A program made the translations under genes and the position numbers. The notes beneath the pieces are model-generated. The model was given only the letters and a program-made list of their open reading frames with translations, was not told where the DNA came from and did no database searches. A stretch of DNA of 57,000 nt, filler included, from Bipalium vagum (Eukaryota): the NCBI GenBank assembly GCA_037834085.1. It is 3 parts of 3 records of this genome, joined end to end, with 100 filler letters (N's around TTAATTAATTAA, not from the genome) between each part and the next. Parts side by side here need not be neighbours in the genome. Positions count along the whole stretch, not along the records: positions 1 to 20,487 come from JBBMKC010252421.1; 2 more parts are not named here. One strand, given 5' to 3'. Numbering within the stretch: the first letter of the stretch is position 1; each line of letters begins with the position of its first letter. Below are positions 1 to 12,899 of the stretch, piece after piece.

Positions 1-9
1 AATGTTTTT

Positions 10-75
10 CGTTGTACCGTGATATTAAACGGGTCGTGATATTAAGCGAGGTGATATTAAACGGGTTACACTGTA
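10..75. mobile_element. Terminus of a pogo/Tigger-like DNA transposon with three subterminal repeats
   Basis: GTGATATTAA(A/G)CG occurs three times, and the stretch ends ...GGGTTACACTG followed by TA (74-75). This is the same style of end as ...GGTTTCACTG-TA at 16655 and 30864. Confidence 0.55.
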
Positions 76-1899
76 ATTTAATTAATTTTAATAAAATTTT
101 AGATAATTAATTTGTTTAAATAAAGGATAAAAAGAGGACACGTATTAAATCTAAACAATTATTTTCTTGAAATAAAAATTTTAAAAAATCTCGAGTTTTT
201 GAATTCTGAAACTGTCGATAACGTGGCAGTAACTAACATACATATGACATAGTGCATATACATACATATTACATTCCCAATTTACTTGGCAAGATTTGAA
301 AAAAAGTGTGAAAACGAAATGGAAATATACAAATATACTCTTGAGATAGATTGCTATTTTATGCAAAAGTTTTGTAACTTTGTTATATGGATTATGCAAA
401 TAGGTTTCCATATTCGAGGCTTTTTAAAAGTCATTTGCATTTATTTTTCCAAATTTTTGACATTGATTAATAAACATTTGTTGTCTCCATTATCCAAGAC
501 AGAACATTGATGTATATTTAAAATTTTAAGTGAAAACTGATTTTTTGCAACCGACAGAACGTGACCTCTTGTCACCTTACTAAAGAACTGAAAGTCAAAT
601 TATTATTAATTATATTTAAAATACTCAAACCAACCTTTTATATTGATTATTGATAAAGTTGTCATTTTTCACATTAAATATTGGACAGGCATATTTTTTG
701 AACCGCAAACTAAGAACACAGCAAAAACAGGGAAAGATTATGAAAGCGTATCTCTGTACAGAGACTCACCTGATTGAATAATTGTGATATAATTTTGACT
801 TCAGTAATGATTAGGAAAGCTAAAAATAAAACGTCCACTGTAAATTCTAAATTAAAAACTTAATTTTTAATTCAATTTAAAAGAAAAATAATATTTGATA
901 ATATTTTTTTAGAAGTTTTATTTCTCCTTAAAAACATTTAATTATGTATGTTCACAGTTAAATTCTAAAGGCTAATTAGTCCTCATGATAATGGTTCATG
1001 TCTACGAAGAATATGATTGAGTAGAGCAAAATGTGAGGGAAACATTTTTAATTGGGGGATTACTGAAATGCTGGGTTAAGAAATAAAATTTAAAATAAAT
1101 TTAAAAAATTTAAGAAATAAATCCGGGTATCGTACATAAGTTATAGAAGAATTAAAATAATGAAAGGTAAAATGTATGTCAGTGTGATCTTACACTGTTT
1201 TTGGATAAGTATTATCTTTATTTCATTATTATGTAGAGAGTATTTATTTACAAAATTATTATTTAGAGAAAATACTAACAAAAATCTCTGGTTCTCCCCG
1301 TCTTATGATCTAATCTGACAGAATTTTTAAATCAATAGTAGTTGGTTCATTAAGCACGAACATAAAAGAATCAATAAAAATTTATTTATATATGCTTACA
1401 TAAACTCGATTTTAATCGATACCGCTGGGTCTTCTAGATTTTGAACAATTTTATTATAATGATAATTAGTTATTAATAATTATAATAACAATAATAATTT
1501 TAATAATAATTCTGTTAGGCTTAGAACTGATACTTTGCTGACACTATCATCTGTGTTTCTGACGTGGGCCTTTAATAATGAATGAAATTATTCAGAATAG
1601 TTTTTTACAAATAATTGACAAGACAATCTCAAATTAATTGTTCGTCTGAATGTGTCAAAAACTCAGTCGAAAAAGAAAAAATTATCACGATAGAGGTGTC
1701 GATTGTTGAGTGTCGAAAATGGAATTCATTTAACACAGATATATCCATTGAAACTATTCACAAGATGGAATAAAATAAAAATATTTTACAAATTAAATAA
1801 ATATTCACATACAAATATAAAAAACGAATTATCTCACTTAATACACATATTCGAAGTCTAACAGTGCGTCTTTGATAGGCGTTATCTGCTGACGAACCA

Positions 1900-2300
1900 T
1901 CCTAGCACAAGCCGCTCACATCATGCAGTAATATATTAATGACTTCTGTAAAATACCATTGGACCTTTTGATTGGACACGCTGGACTAGGTTCAACATAA
2001 ATTCTAGACTGCCAATATGAAATCAATTTACCCGTTATTGACCATAGACAGATATTGTTCCGATGTTAACTGTATTGGGTCTTGCCTACCATTTGAATGC
2101 ATATGACAGGCAAAAAGACACGAGAAGATTGCAGAATCTTTTTGTATAAAATAGCATTAAAAAACAAAATCGGTAATTTATTTCTAATCAAAGATATAGT
2201 TGTCATTGATCCAGGGAATTTTTTGCTGTTTGTTTCTAGTCTGCCCATGATTTTTTTCCAGAAACTGTAGATGGTCGTCTGGACGCACAATTTTCTATAA
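1900..2300 (-). mobile_element. Possible highly decayed MULE/Mutator-type transposase fragment
   Basis: Minus-strand peptides VFLPVICIQMVGKTQY and IDFILAV resemble the MULE motifs P-x-V-x-x-L-M-x-x-K-T and D-F-E-x-A. The frames are broken and the match is weak. Confidence 0.25.
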
Positions 2301-2510
2301 TTGAATAATTTCTGTTATTTTAAATTCTATCCTTCTAGTTTTATTTGGTAGTTTGATGAAATCCACGAACCACGACTCCGGTTATAAGTTTAATAAGAGT
2401 ATATTGCTATGTTCAGATTTTCATCTTTTTCGTCATTACCATTGATAGTTATTCCTGGTTCAAAAATTTGATAATTAGATATCCTTTAAGTCTTTTATTT
2501 AATAATTATA

Positions 2511-2848
2511 TGTTAGGAATTGCTTAATTGTTTAAAAAACCCGGACAAAGTTTGTGTGTCCTTGAAAGAAACTTTTTGTTTTATTAATATAATTCTTCGT
2601 TTATTAAAAACTAGGCACGTGTTAGCATTATGACGTTTTTCTTTGATTAAATATTGATCATAATTAGTGTTGTTAGTAACGTTGATATTATTAGAGAAAT
2701 CTTCAACATCCTTTTTCAAAAATCTGTATTTGTCTATCACAAAACTGTTTAAACAAAACTTTTATTTAAGTATTAATAGTTTAGTTTAAATAATAAAACT
2801 TAAAATCAAAACTAATTTAAATTAGTTTTTGATTTTGAGATTTTCACA
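2511..2848 (-). mobile_element. Putative 3' LTR of the Gypsy element
   Basis: On the minus strand it starts TGTGA directly after the purine tract AAAAGAGGAAGA (2860-2849), contains AATAAA, and ends ...ATTCCTAACA (TG...CA termini). Confidence 0.6.
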
Positions 2849-4960
2849 TCTTCCTCTTTTAAAATATTTCTTCATTTTTTCGATGTTTCTGATTATTTTC
2901 TTCCTATTCGAATCTGTCGTCTCGTAGCATCTGTCGTGGATCTTTTTTTTTATTTCGTAAGGTCCTCGTATCGATCTTGATCTTTGGTTCGACCTTCTTT
3001 CTTAACCATGACCATTTCTCCGATCGTAAAATCCCTTCTGGTTTTCTGGCTACTCACCTTTTTTGATTCTATTGTGATTTTCAGAATGGCTTCGTTTCTA
3101 GCTATCTGATTTTCATTGAACCATGTTTCTCGATTTTTTTTCCGACCTAAAAGTAATTCCGCTGGACTCATTCAAATTGTTTTTGTACCGATGCATTTAA
3201 ACTATATTCAATTTCTGGTAAAATTTCAGTCGATTCGGTGTTCTTTCTATCCTTTAAGGTAGCATTTACATACTGTCTTTTGGTTCGAAATTTTCGTTCA
3301 ACGATTCCATTTGTATATGGTGATATGGGCTAGAGAACATCAAGTCTGCTCCTATGTCCGCTGCCAGTTGTTTAAATTCTTGGGACTCAAAACATTTTTC
3401 ACTATCTGCATGTATCTGTTTAGGAGCAACAAATTTTAAGACCCAATTGATTTGGAATACCTTGACGACAGTATTATTGTCCTCTCTTGCGACGGCTGAA
3501 AGTACAATGTACTTACTAAACTGATCTAAGATTGCCATAATGTATTTCTTTTTGTGGAAAGTTTCTTTTAATGGTCAACAAATATCCACGTAAACCTTTT
3601 CGAACGGCTCTATCGATCTGATTTTCATTGTCTCTTTCTTCATATTTGTTGTAACCGTCTTGACTCGTTGACACGTTTCGCATTTTCTTATATTTTCTGC
3701 TACTGTACTGCTTAATCCTTCCATGTCAAAATCTTGCGAAATGTATTTCTTCACTTTCTCTGTTCCGGTATGAGATAGGAGCTTCTGCGTATGCATGATG
3801 GTTTCTTGTTTCTTCTCGTGCGGTATCCATATTTTATTGTTTTTTGTAATTATCGTATTACCTGCCAATATGAAGTCTTTCTATTTACCCTTAACAATGT
3901 TTTCTTTGATTTTACGGATTTCGAAATTATTCTTTTGTCACTGTTCTCCTCTATCTTAGCTCAGCATATTTAAAATTCTCGTTTTCATCTTTCCAGATTT
4001 AGAATTTGCGTGTGACATAAGGCACTGTGTACAGGTATTACAGGATCTTCTCGATAGCATGTCAGCATTAAGATGTTTTGAGCCTTTTCGATATTCTAAA
4101 TTTATATCTAAACTACTCAAATAGTTTATCCATGTCTGGAACTGTGCTGTAATCGGCTTCTTTGTTGTGAGCATAAATGTTGTAGCTTTGTGATCTGTTC
4201 TAAGAGTAAATCTTTTTCCATATAAATATTGATTAAAGTGATTGTAGGCGTAATAAATTGCAAGTAATTCTCTCCTTGTGACACACTATCCCTTATCGCG
4301 AGAATTCATAGCATGAGAGCCATATGCTATTACTCTTCCGTTTCCGTCTTTTAGCTCTAACACGGCTCCAATAGTATCAAAACTGGCATCTGTGTCCAAA
4401 ATGAATTCCTTGGTGAAATCAGAAAAACATAATATTGGTGACCTTGTAAGTGCGTCTGTCATCTCTAAAAATGCCTTTACACAATTATCTGACCAGATTA
4501 ACTTCCCAGTTGTTTTTCCACACATTGTTTCTAATGCCCTTGCTTTCTGCGAGTATCCTTCTATGCACCTTCTATAATAGCTTCAGATTCCTAAAACCGC
4601 TGCGAAGGCTTTTTACACATTTTGGCCTTTTAAACAATTTAATTGATTCGATCGTCTAATAAGGTGACACTTTTCTGGATTTATACGAAGTCCCACTCCC
4701 CTATTGCTTCTAATTACTCGATTTAAAATTTTTTAATGATTCTCAATGCTGAGAGTGAACACCAGTATGTCATCCAGATATACACAAGTACCTTCCATAC
4801 TATTGAGCACCTTGGTCACCAGTTCTTGAAACGTTTCCGGTGCTACTGCAATCCCGAAAGGCATTCTATTAAAACTGTATTGGTCTGATTTTGTACAAAA
4901 CAATGTCCTCTCCTTCGATTCTTCTTCCAATTCAACCTGGTAGTAGGTATTCCCTAATTT
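2849..4960 (-). mobile_element. Ty3/Gypsy LTR-retrotransposon pol pseudogene (RT-RNase H-integrase), 5'-truncated
   Basis: Motifs appear in order: RT (RMPFGIAVAPETFQ...CVYLDDILVF), RNase H (FILDTDASFDTIGAVL...NADMLSR), integrase zinc finger (H..H...CETCQ), integrase core (VYVDIC, IHADS, SSPYHH) and C-terminus (IGEMVMVK). RT-RH-IN order is diagnostic of Gypsy. There are many frameshifts and stops. Confidence 0.95.
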
Positions 4961-4965
4961 TAATA

Positions 4966-5145
4966 TGTTAAGACAAATAAATTATAAATAATAAATGTAT
5001 TAAAAAATTAAATATAATATTATATAATATAATATAAATATAAGATAAATATATTATAAAAAATAATAAATATCTTATAACAAATAAATGGAGAAAACAG
5101 AGTTGTTTTAATTTGCGTAAAATTACAATGGAAGGTTTCCCAACA
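4966..5145. mobile_element. Possible short solo LTR between the two Gypsy fragments
   Basis: AT-rich 180-bp block bounded by TGTT...AACA, starting just where the RT is truncated. No target-site duplication is evident. Confidence 0.3.
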
Positions 5146-5289
5146 TTCTCCATTTCTCTTGATATTTCTCTAAATGATTACTCTGCGGTTTACATTAATT
5201 TATATAATCATTTCTTCCAAAGTAACAGAAAGGCGTCAGCTAGAGACAGAAGAGGAAAGAACTAAAACATGTGTTGATAACACGTTTCA

Positions 5290-6175
5290 AGATATACTTT
5301 TTGTCGGCTCATCACATATTAGCACATGTGGAGCTGAAAAAGTTGCCTATTATATGAAAGACAATTACTCATTTTTAAACTTGAAGGAAAATTTCAGAGG
5401 ATCATTAAAACGAGTGGAACTTGTCAGAGCTATAAAGTTGTCAATAGAACCACTAAGGAAGAGGTACAGAAAGTAGAGGCGTCAGAACGTTTTGAAGACA
5501 TATGGAGATATATGTGGGCCTTTAACAGAAACGACCGGAAGGAAAAAATATATCCTTGGTATTATAGATAAATATAGCAAATATGTTTCTTAGACCGCTA
5601 TGGTAAGATGAAAAAAAAACTTTGTGCAAAATATAATTATGATTAATTGGATATTGAAGTCCGGAAATTGAAAAAAAAATGTTAATTGCTCTAAAGTGTT
5701 TGATTATAAATCCATGAAAGATTTTGTAAAGAGTGTTAATGGCAATCTGTGTTTTTCGAGTCCATAACAGAACAACACAAAAGGTCAAATAGAAAGACAA
5801 TTCAGAACCGTGCGCGATTTGGTAAACGCAACTTTAGACGAAAGATATGAAATCCTGTCGGAAGTAGAATTTGCTCTCAATTCTATGCTACCGAAAAAAA
5901 TCGGAATAAGTCCTGTTGATATGATGTTTGGTAGAAAGATCTACAGATATAGAATATATAAGGCAGCTGAGAAACATATTTCAAAAATAAAAGATATAAC
6001 AAAGAGGACATTTGCGGTAGGAGAAAAAGTACTAGTGAAGGCTCAAGAAAATGAATGATATGAAGGACCATTTGAGATCGTCCTAAAATTCCATGACCAT
6101 ACGTCTTTCAAAAGACATTCGGAAAAAAATTTAAAAGGATTGTCGAGAAATTTTTAAAAAATTTGAGAAGGATAA
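5290..6175 (+). mobile_element. Second Gypsy integrase fragment (decayed), opposite orientation
   Basis: Peptides HISTCGAEKV, DICGPL, EVEFALNS..K..GISPVDMMFGR, FAVGEKVLVK and EGPF are collinear with the integrase of the minus-strand copy. Confidence 0.85.
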
Positions 6176-6289
6176 TCAGACCAGGGGAAATTTTTAACTT
6201 TTTTATTTATTTAATTTAATTATTTAATATTTTAAAATATTTAAGAAGTATGAATGAAATTTTAAAAATAAATTAATTTTTTGATTTTT

Positions 6290-6680
6290 TTCCAATCAGA
6301 TAACACATAAGAATCGTTGGTTGAAATTTAATAGGACCACGTAACTACTTATATTTGGCCTTCCACGCCCCAGACCTAAAACCATCTGAACTAATACGTA
6401 TAGGACTTTTTTGAGGAAGAGGTCATTAAACAAATGAGAGAAAACATTGGATTCTTACAAAGCCACTATAATCAGATCGTATGAAACAGGATCACATTCT
6501 TTATGCATGTAAGCAATTTTGAAAGTGTGTGTTAAGAGCGAACCAATATAAATTCTTCATCACCTTGTAATTTAATTTTGCTTGTACAATTTTCATCAAA
6601 AGGGTTATTACTTGCCATTATATTTCTGTTTTCCTTGATGCAATAACATGTCCTCAAATACCTTTCTCATCCTCTAGTAT
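6290..6680 (+). mobile_element. C-terminal remnant of a DD37D/maT-like Tc1/mariner element
   Basis: Decayed WP...PDL.P motif region. The end sequence TGTCCTCAAATA...GTA resembles the terminus TGTCCTCAAATAGC at about 54991-55019. Confidence 0.45.
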
Positions 6681-7468
6681 AAGAAAAATAATATTGATAT
6701 AGTCATTAATGTTCTGGTTAATTTAGGACCTGTTTGCTTAATAGGGTTTATATATTATGAAAACACAGCAGTAGTGGTATTGAGGGTTTTGTTTTTCACC
6801 ATTGTTCAGTCTTATTCACATTGATGTCCATCTTTAAATATTAGAGAAACATTAAATAGAGAAATTTTAAATGATTTATTCCTTGTTCTCAATAGAAAAT
6901 GTGTTTATTGTTTATTTAATTTCAACAAAACTGAAGATCACTTTTCATTAAAAAAAACCCTTCAGTTCAATATCTCTTCTCTCTATTCAAATCCTGTCTT
7001 ATTATTGACCTCTTTACTGAGCAGATATACATAAAACACCACCGAAGGTTTAACAGAGACATCTGAAGAATAAGCTTCTGCAGTCATTAATTAGAATGCC
7101 TACTTCGAAATTCCTACCTGACTACTGTTCCGCTACTCTCTTGGCTGGGATTTATTTAATTATGTATGAATGTGATACTGATATTGAAGTACTCTTTTCA
7201 AAGTCATTAGTCTCCTAAAAAGCATTGAGTTACTTAGCACTACCAGATCATCTAAAAGAGAATATGAGGGTCTTTCATAACGTAAGTGAATCTGATAATA
7301 AATAATTAAAAAAATTAAGTGAATAAAATAATGTTTGATACATTTAACAGAAATATTCGGACAAATCACAATATGGAGAAATGATTTAAAGTATAAAAGT
7401 CATTTGGTGAAAAAGAATGAGGGTCCTAACACTACTTCCTACTTCTACAGCCACTGCCACCTCTGCCC

Positions 7469-7520
<52 letters not shown>

Positions 7521-7552
7521 AAATAATAATAATAATAATAATATTAATAATA
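7469..7552. repeat. Compound microsatellite (CTA)n followed by (AAT)n
   Basis: Directly visible; it accounts for the poly-Y and poly-V ORFs. Confidence 0.97.
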
Positions 7553-7570
7553 ACAGTAAAATGTTATAAA

Positions 7571-8110
7571 TCATTGATTGTTTTCTTTCAGTGAAGTATT
7601 CTTGCAAATGTTCTCATTAAATGTTTTCTTATAGTCAGACATCTTCCCCACCTGTATTCCGTATAGATTCAAAAAGACCCTGATTCTTTTTTCCACTGTA
7701 GAGTTAAAGTACGGAATGATAAAATGCCAACCTAATGTTTCTGCTTTCTTTTTTAGATTATGATAATTGAACTTACCATCTTTAAGAATTATGATTAAGT
7801 TTTTACCTTTAAAGTCAATGTGACCTGCTTCTGAAATCTTGGTACATGAGTCGTAATCGTTGCACGTGGAATTCGATAAGAATCTGACGATATTGTTACC
7901 CAACTGTGAGGAAAAGTAATTTGTCAAGGTAATCAATATGGAATTTCCATAGGTTCCCAATGCCATTAAAACATTCTTCCAATATCCAAGTAATAGGAGT
8001 GTGACCTGGCTTGGCTCGAAAATCATGTATCCTGTATGAATTGGTTCCAGGATAATAATGGAAACATTATCAAATATCTGATATCGTAGATTATAAATAT
8101 TTGAGGTAAA
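7571..8110 (-). CDS. Probable second (last) exon of the PAN/Apple-domain gene; uncharacterised domain of about 180 aa
   Basis: The frame of ORF 7571..8026 stays open upstream to a TTTAAG acceptor at 8111 (FTSNIYNLRYQIFDNVSIIILEPIHTGYMIFEP...); there is an alternative CAG acceptor near 8078. A 540-nt stop-free frame is unlikely by chance in DNA this AT-rich. Confidence 0.6.
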   Translation of the reverse strand, partial: FTSNIYNLRYQIFDNVSIIILEPIHTGYMIFEPSQVTLLLLGYWKNVLMALGTYGNSILITLTNYFSSQLGNNIVRFLSNSTCNDYDSCTKISEAGHIDFKGKNLIIILKDGKFNYHNLKKKAETLGWHFIIPYFNSTVEKRIRVFLNLYGIQVGKMSDYKKTFNENICKNTSLKENNQ

Positions 8111-8130
8111 CTTAAATAAAAAATCAAAGG

Positions 8131-8454
8131 TTAACTATATATTGGCAAAGAACCAATCATTCCATTGTATCGATTATTGATAAAAATGGTCACCTTTGGA
8201 CACGGAGTATTGGATTGACATATTTCCTGGTACTCGTACAGCAGACAAACACAACGACGGACGTCGAATCGAAAAGCCTTACAATTGGTCAACAGACATT
8301 CGACAGCACAATTAATATATGATGAGTTGAAGGATATGCCCATCCTCTGGAAAACGCAAGACTGAACTCTACGGAAAACCATGTTTGAGTAGACGTTGCT
8401 CATTAAAACACAAATGTGAATTAACATTGGGAAAAGTATTGGGCAAATTTTCAT
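8131..8454 (-). CDS. Secreted PAN/Apple-domain protein, first exon
   Basis: Hydrophobic signal-like N-terminus (MKICPILFPMLIHICVLMSNVYS), then C...NCAVECLLTNCKAFRFDVRRCVCLLY, matching the PAN pattern C-x3-C-x4-C-x2-F-x-Y/F...C-x-L. A candidate phase-0 donor AAG|GTGACC lies at 8193. Confidence 0.65.
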   Translation of the reverse strand: MKICPILFPMLIHICVLMSNVYSNMVFRRVQSCVFQRMGISFNSSYINCAVECLLTNCKAFRFDVRRCVCLLYEYQEICQSNTPCPKVTIFINNRYNGMIGSLPIYS

Positions 8455-9107
8455 TTTGAAGGAAAATTGAAAAATTGTCACCCGTACTTGTCTTTTATTC
8501 CGATGAGAATACTGCTCTGATTCGCAGACAAGTGAAAATCATTTATTTCTTGCCGTCGTCATGGTGACAAGTAAATAATATTATGATATCCATCTTTCAT
8601 AGAAACAAAAAAACCAATGGCTTTATTTATTTTTGTGTTTTTCGAGATATTGTTTTAGAAGGAAATGATCTTGCCTCATAAAAAAGAAATTGTGTTTTTA
8701 TTAATTTAAAAGACGGACGATTTTACTAGACATTATTTTGTGATATTATATTATTTAATTATTATTATATTATTTAACTGTCTATTAACTGAATTATTTT
8801 TAGAAATGAATTATATTTTGGATATCATATCATATTCTATAGAAACGTGTCTCTAGTATAATTAATTGTAAACGTGTTATTCTCACCATTAATTATATCT
8901 CAAAATAATAATTAATTTAATTATATATTTTTGGATTTTAGAGAACGGGGAATTATGTTTCCGTTTACTTCAGAAAAAAAGACCTTAATGTATCTTCAAC
9001 AGTAACCATTCTAAACCTCAACCATATATTGTTCTCATCACTAAGCTAAGATAAATATTAACTTGGGTATAGTCCATCTCTTATACGTATGTTTGATGAT
9101 GGTAATT

Positions 9108-9236
9108 NNNNNNNNNNNNNNNNNNNNNNNNNNNNNNNNNNNNNNNNNNNNNNNNNNNNNNNNNNNNNNNNNNNNNNNNNNNNNNNNNNNNNNNNNNNNN
9201 NNNNNNNNNNNNNNNNNNNNNNNNNNNNNNNNNNNN
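9108..9236. other. Assembly gap
   Basis: Run of N. Confidence 1.
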
Positions 9237-10999
9237 TGTGAAATTTTAAAACGTAGTGATGATTAATAAATGCAGATGCCATTTCAACCAATACCTTTTA
9301 TAGATTCAATTGATTTATATTTTCTTAATTAATCTAAATATATAATAATGACTAAATAACATGTAGAAATTTTATGAAAGGAATCATGGAAGTAATTAAA
9401 AGTATACTGATTTGCAATTTTTACAAGAAAAGGTCTCAAAGAAAAAATTTATTCCATTCTACAAAAATACGACAATAACATCAACAGAAAGAAAGTCAGA
9501 AAAGTATGTGAAACTGACTGAAATCAAATCTCATTTTGATGGTAATGACGATCTTTCAATAGATTGCATGGTTACGAAATTCAATGTTTCGAAGTTATAT
9601 TTCCATAAAACATGAAAAATAATATATCAATTAAATAGTATGAGAAAGAAAAGATACCTAGACGAACGAAATTGACATTGAAGTTTGTTGCGAAAAAAAT
9701 AATTTTTATGTTTCTAGACTGTATTAATGAAATTTTAAAGGACATTTGTAGCACATTGGTCACGAAATTTCTCTGAAGTTGGGTTTCGAATTTCTTCTTT
9801 TAGGTCATCAGTGGTTTTGAATTTGTTTAATAAACTCTTTCATCATGACAAGCTCAAAGAAATAAATCTATCGCCAACAATCTATTATCTTTTTATAGTT
9901 ATCATTGCATTTTGGACATGTTCTCTTTTCTTAGCTTATTAAAAGGATAAATAAAAAGAGCACTACCCAAATGTTGATGTAAAATTTAATCGAAAATCAT
10001 GTATGAATCTTTCAATAATGAATTTCTAAAGTATGGCAAAATTTTTAAAATGGTTCAGATTTTTTTGAACTTATCAAAAGAAGGAATGATACTCACACTT
10101 TAAACAATCTCTTAGAAAAACCCTTTTATAATAATAATATAAAAATAACAAAATTAAATTAACGAAATCTTGTCATTATAGCCCATTCTTTCTTTTCTGA
10201 AAATTAATTCACTTTATCCCAAAAGCCAACAATAAAACGTCCTAATTATGAGTTCTGGAACAATTTATTTGTTTTAATTCTCTGATAAGTTTTCAGTTTA
10301 TTCCTCTTCATAGCTGGATACATCTTTTAATTTTCTTTTTTTTGCAATTATACGTTTCTTAAATGTGATAAATCCTAATTGAGAAATCTTAGTTTTCAAT
10401 TAAATTCTTCGAAGTTTCTACTTCGTAATAATTTCCGAGACTACGGTGGGAAATGTGGCCTAAACGTATTTTTCTTCTTCGATGAAACACGGAATTATTC
10501 TCCGAAGCATTTATGTATTCAACGTACAAGAATGTCCATTTAATTCAACATCTTTTTCAATTTAATAATGATAATTACAGCGATAATGAGATACTGAAAT
10601 CTTCACAGGAAATAATTACCAACGTTTCGACAAGTTTATAACGCTTGTAATCTCATTAGTGGTGAACAAGGGAAAGATATGTCAAAAAAAATTTACAACT
10701 AATTACATTTAAGATTACCTTGGCAATATAAGATAATAATTTAAATTATGCAAAATTAATTTTTTTATTATTATTATCATTATTATATTTATTATTAATA
10801 TTGTGATAAATACCAATATTATTTATATAATTTTATTATAAAATATGAAGTAAATAATAAGTTTAATTTTATGATAATACTTAAATATTACTATTATAAA
10901 AATTAGTCATTTTAATTAATTTTAAAATAAAATTAAATATAAATACCATTTTCTACTTTGTTTTCATCTTCAAGATTTATAATTTATCTATACAATAAT

Positions 11000-12230
11000 A
11001 TACAGTTCGTTTATAAATTATAAGAGCTTTTAATATTTAATGATAATGAAATATTTTATTTAGCTGAACTAGTTATTCATAAATATTTTGGCATTATTTA
11101 AATTTTCTACATACATAAATAATAAAGGATTTTCAGAATAACAGGTAATTATGAATCAATTTCTTATTTTATTAAATCTAAATATACTTCCAGCAGTAAA
11201 TATTGTTAATTACAATGCCCCGAGACAATAAGCTGACCGTGTACAAACGGAGAAAAAGATCCTATGATTAGTATGGGTCATAAGAAGGCGTTCATTGCAA
11301 AACTCTTGAATAATTTTTTTATATTTTAAAATATTACATATCATTCATTGAAATCTTGTGTTGAATGGAGCTAACAAAAAAATTCTGTTTTTTTATGATG
11401 TCTGGATAAACAGTTACTGAATGGTGTGAACAAGTGCAAAAAAGATAACAATGCAGTGAAATCACAAGTTAGGGACATGAACATAATATCGTACGAAATT
11501 GTGAAGCTAATATGTTTAGAAATATTGTCGAAATACAAAAAGAATTAATCCATAATATTTCTGCACGAAGTGTTAGTATACGACATTGTGAAGATAAACT
11601 ATGTATATATACATCACTCTGAAATCGAAACCGAATGAAAGATTGAAAGATTTGAGTGGACACTTACACTGGATATTAGATGACTGGTATCGTGTTTCCT
11701 TTAGTGATGATAGTAAGTATTCATTATCACTTATGCCGACGTATATGAGAACGATACAATAAAAAAAGTGTACTTACTCTTGTTAATCGAAGCAGAGACA
11801 ATTGTATGTGCTTAACCTCAATCGACTTAAACAATAAGTATATTTCATTTCTCATGCGAACCAGCACAAAATCTCATTAAAAAGTCTACTAAGATAATCA
11901 TTGCTTCTTTTCAATGTTGAACCAGTACAAAAGAATTTTGTGCTCTCATCATATATTAAGAATAAATATGAAAATTTCGATACTGAAGCTCCATAATTCT
12001 CAAAACTGAGAGATGCGGCAAAACCGGGTTAATGTACTTATCAAGTGAAAATTAAAGCAAATTTTGAATTTTTCTTCTGGTCATCCCCAGACTCCGACAG
12101 CTTTATTATGGAATTAATTTCCGGTCCTCTTTTCGTTGAAATGAAAACTAATTTGAAACTCATTACACAATGATTAAACTTTTCTTCTTTTCCTTTTGTT
12201 TTCCATCAATTGTACATTTTATATTGGGAA
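11000..12230 (+). mobile_element. Decayed Tc1-like transposon
   Basis: DWYRVSFSDDSKY (first catalytic D motif W..V.FSDESK) at about 11682-11720, and FWSSPD (WP..SPDL) near 12075. Begins TA-CAGT at about 11001. Confidence 0.7.
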
Positions 12231-12899
12231 GTTTTTTTTCTTGTTAAAAACATTTTTTTCACGTTGAGAAAATTTATTAAGAAAGGAGGAAAATATCATA
12301 ATTAATACAGAAATTATTTCGAAACCATTTTTATTTGATTATAATACTAAAAAATTAATTTATTATCAAAATATCAAATATAATCATTATTATGATCATT
12401 ATTATTTTATTATTATTATTATTATTTAAATTTCGTATTTTTGGATTACTTCAATGATGTAAGCCGGTATTAATTTTGTATCAACCCAATATAATTTTTT
12501 TTTGTTTTTCTAAAATTATTTCTTTTAAAATTTAATATTTTAAAAATTTGTCAAAAATTGTTCTTCATTATTTTATAATTTTCATTAATTATCATTTTTT
12601 AAAATTTAATAATTTATTATTGTCCACTGTCTCGAATTTAAATTAATATATTTATTTAATATGGATTATTTTTGTCGAAAATAGTATTCTACATCGATTA
12701 ATAAAAATATTCTTCCCCTAATCTTAAAGATAAAAAAGGATGGATTAGGAAAATACTTTTTACACAAATAATCTTCTCAGTATAATATTTGGGTTATTGC
12801 ATAAATTTTAAGAAATTAAATGAAATACACAAAACCAATGTGAAGCTAAGAATATTTGACGATAACAAAACAGTAGGTGTGTAGAAGAAATTATCAAAA

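Noticed and set aside
10-75. Short regularly spaced repeats suggesting a CRISPR array or iterons
   Set aside because: The units are about 13 bp with almost no spacer, the context is eukaryotic, and they are better explained as transposon subterminal repeats.
630-770. Minus-strand RYAFIIFPCFCCVLSL as a possible receptor M1 exon
   Set aside because: No M2 or M3 follows and the downstream sequence is hydrophilic; the similarity is too weak.
6560-6650. Minus-strand peptide C...NNPFDENC resembling the missing Cys-loop (FPFDxQxC)
   Set aside because: Cysteine spacing is 17 rather than 13, the flanking beta-strand motifs are absent, and it lies in a transposon terminus.
7335-7607. Poly-Tyr and poly-Val/Leu ORFs
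   Set aside because: These are translations of the (CTA)n/(AAT)n microsatellite; the same applies to the ORFs at 15335 and 40707.
8111-8135. 25-nt GT..AG micro-intron joining the two PAN-gene ORFs
   Set aside because: The donor is phase 1 and the acceptor phase 0, so the join hits a TAA within seven codons.
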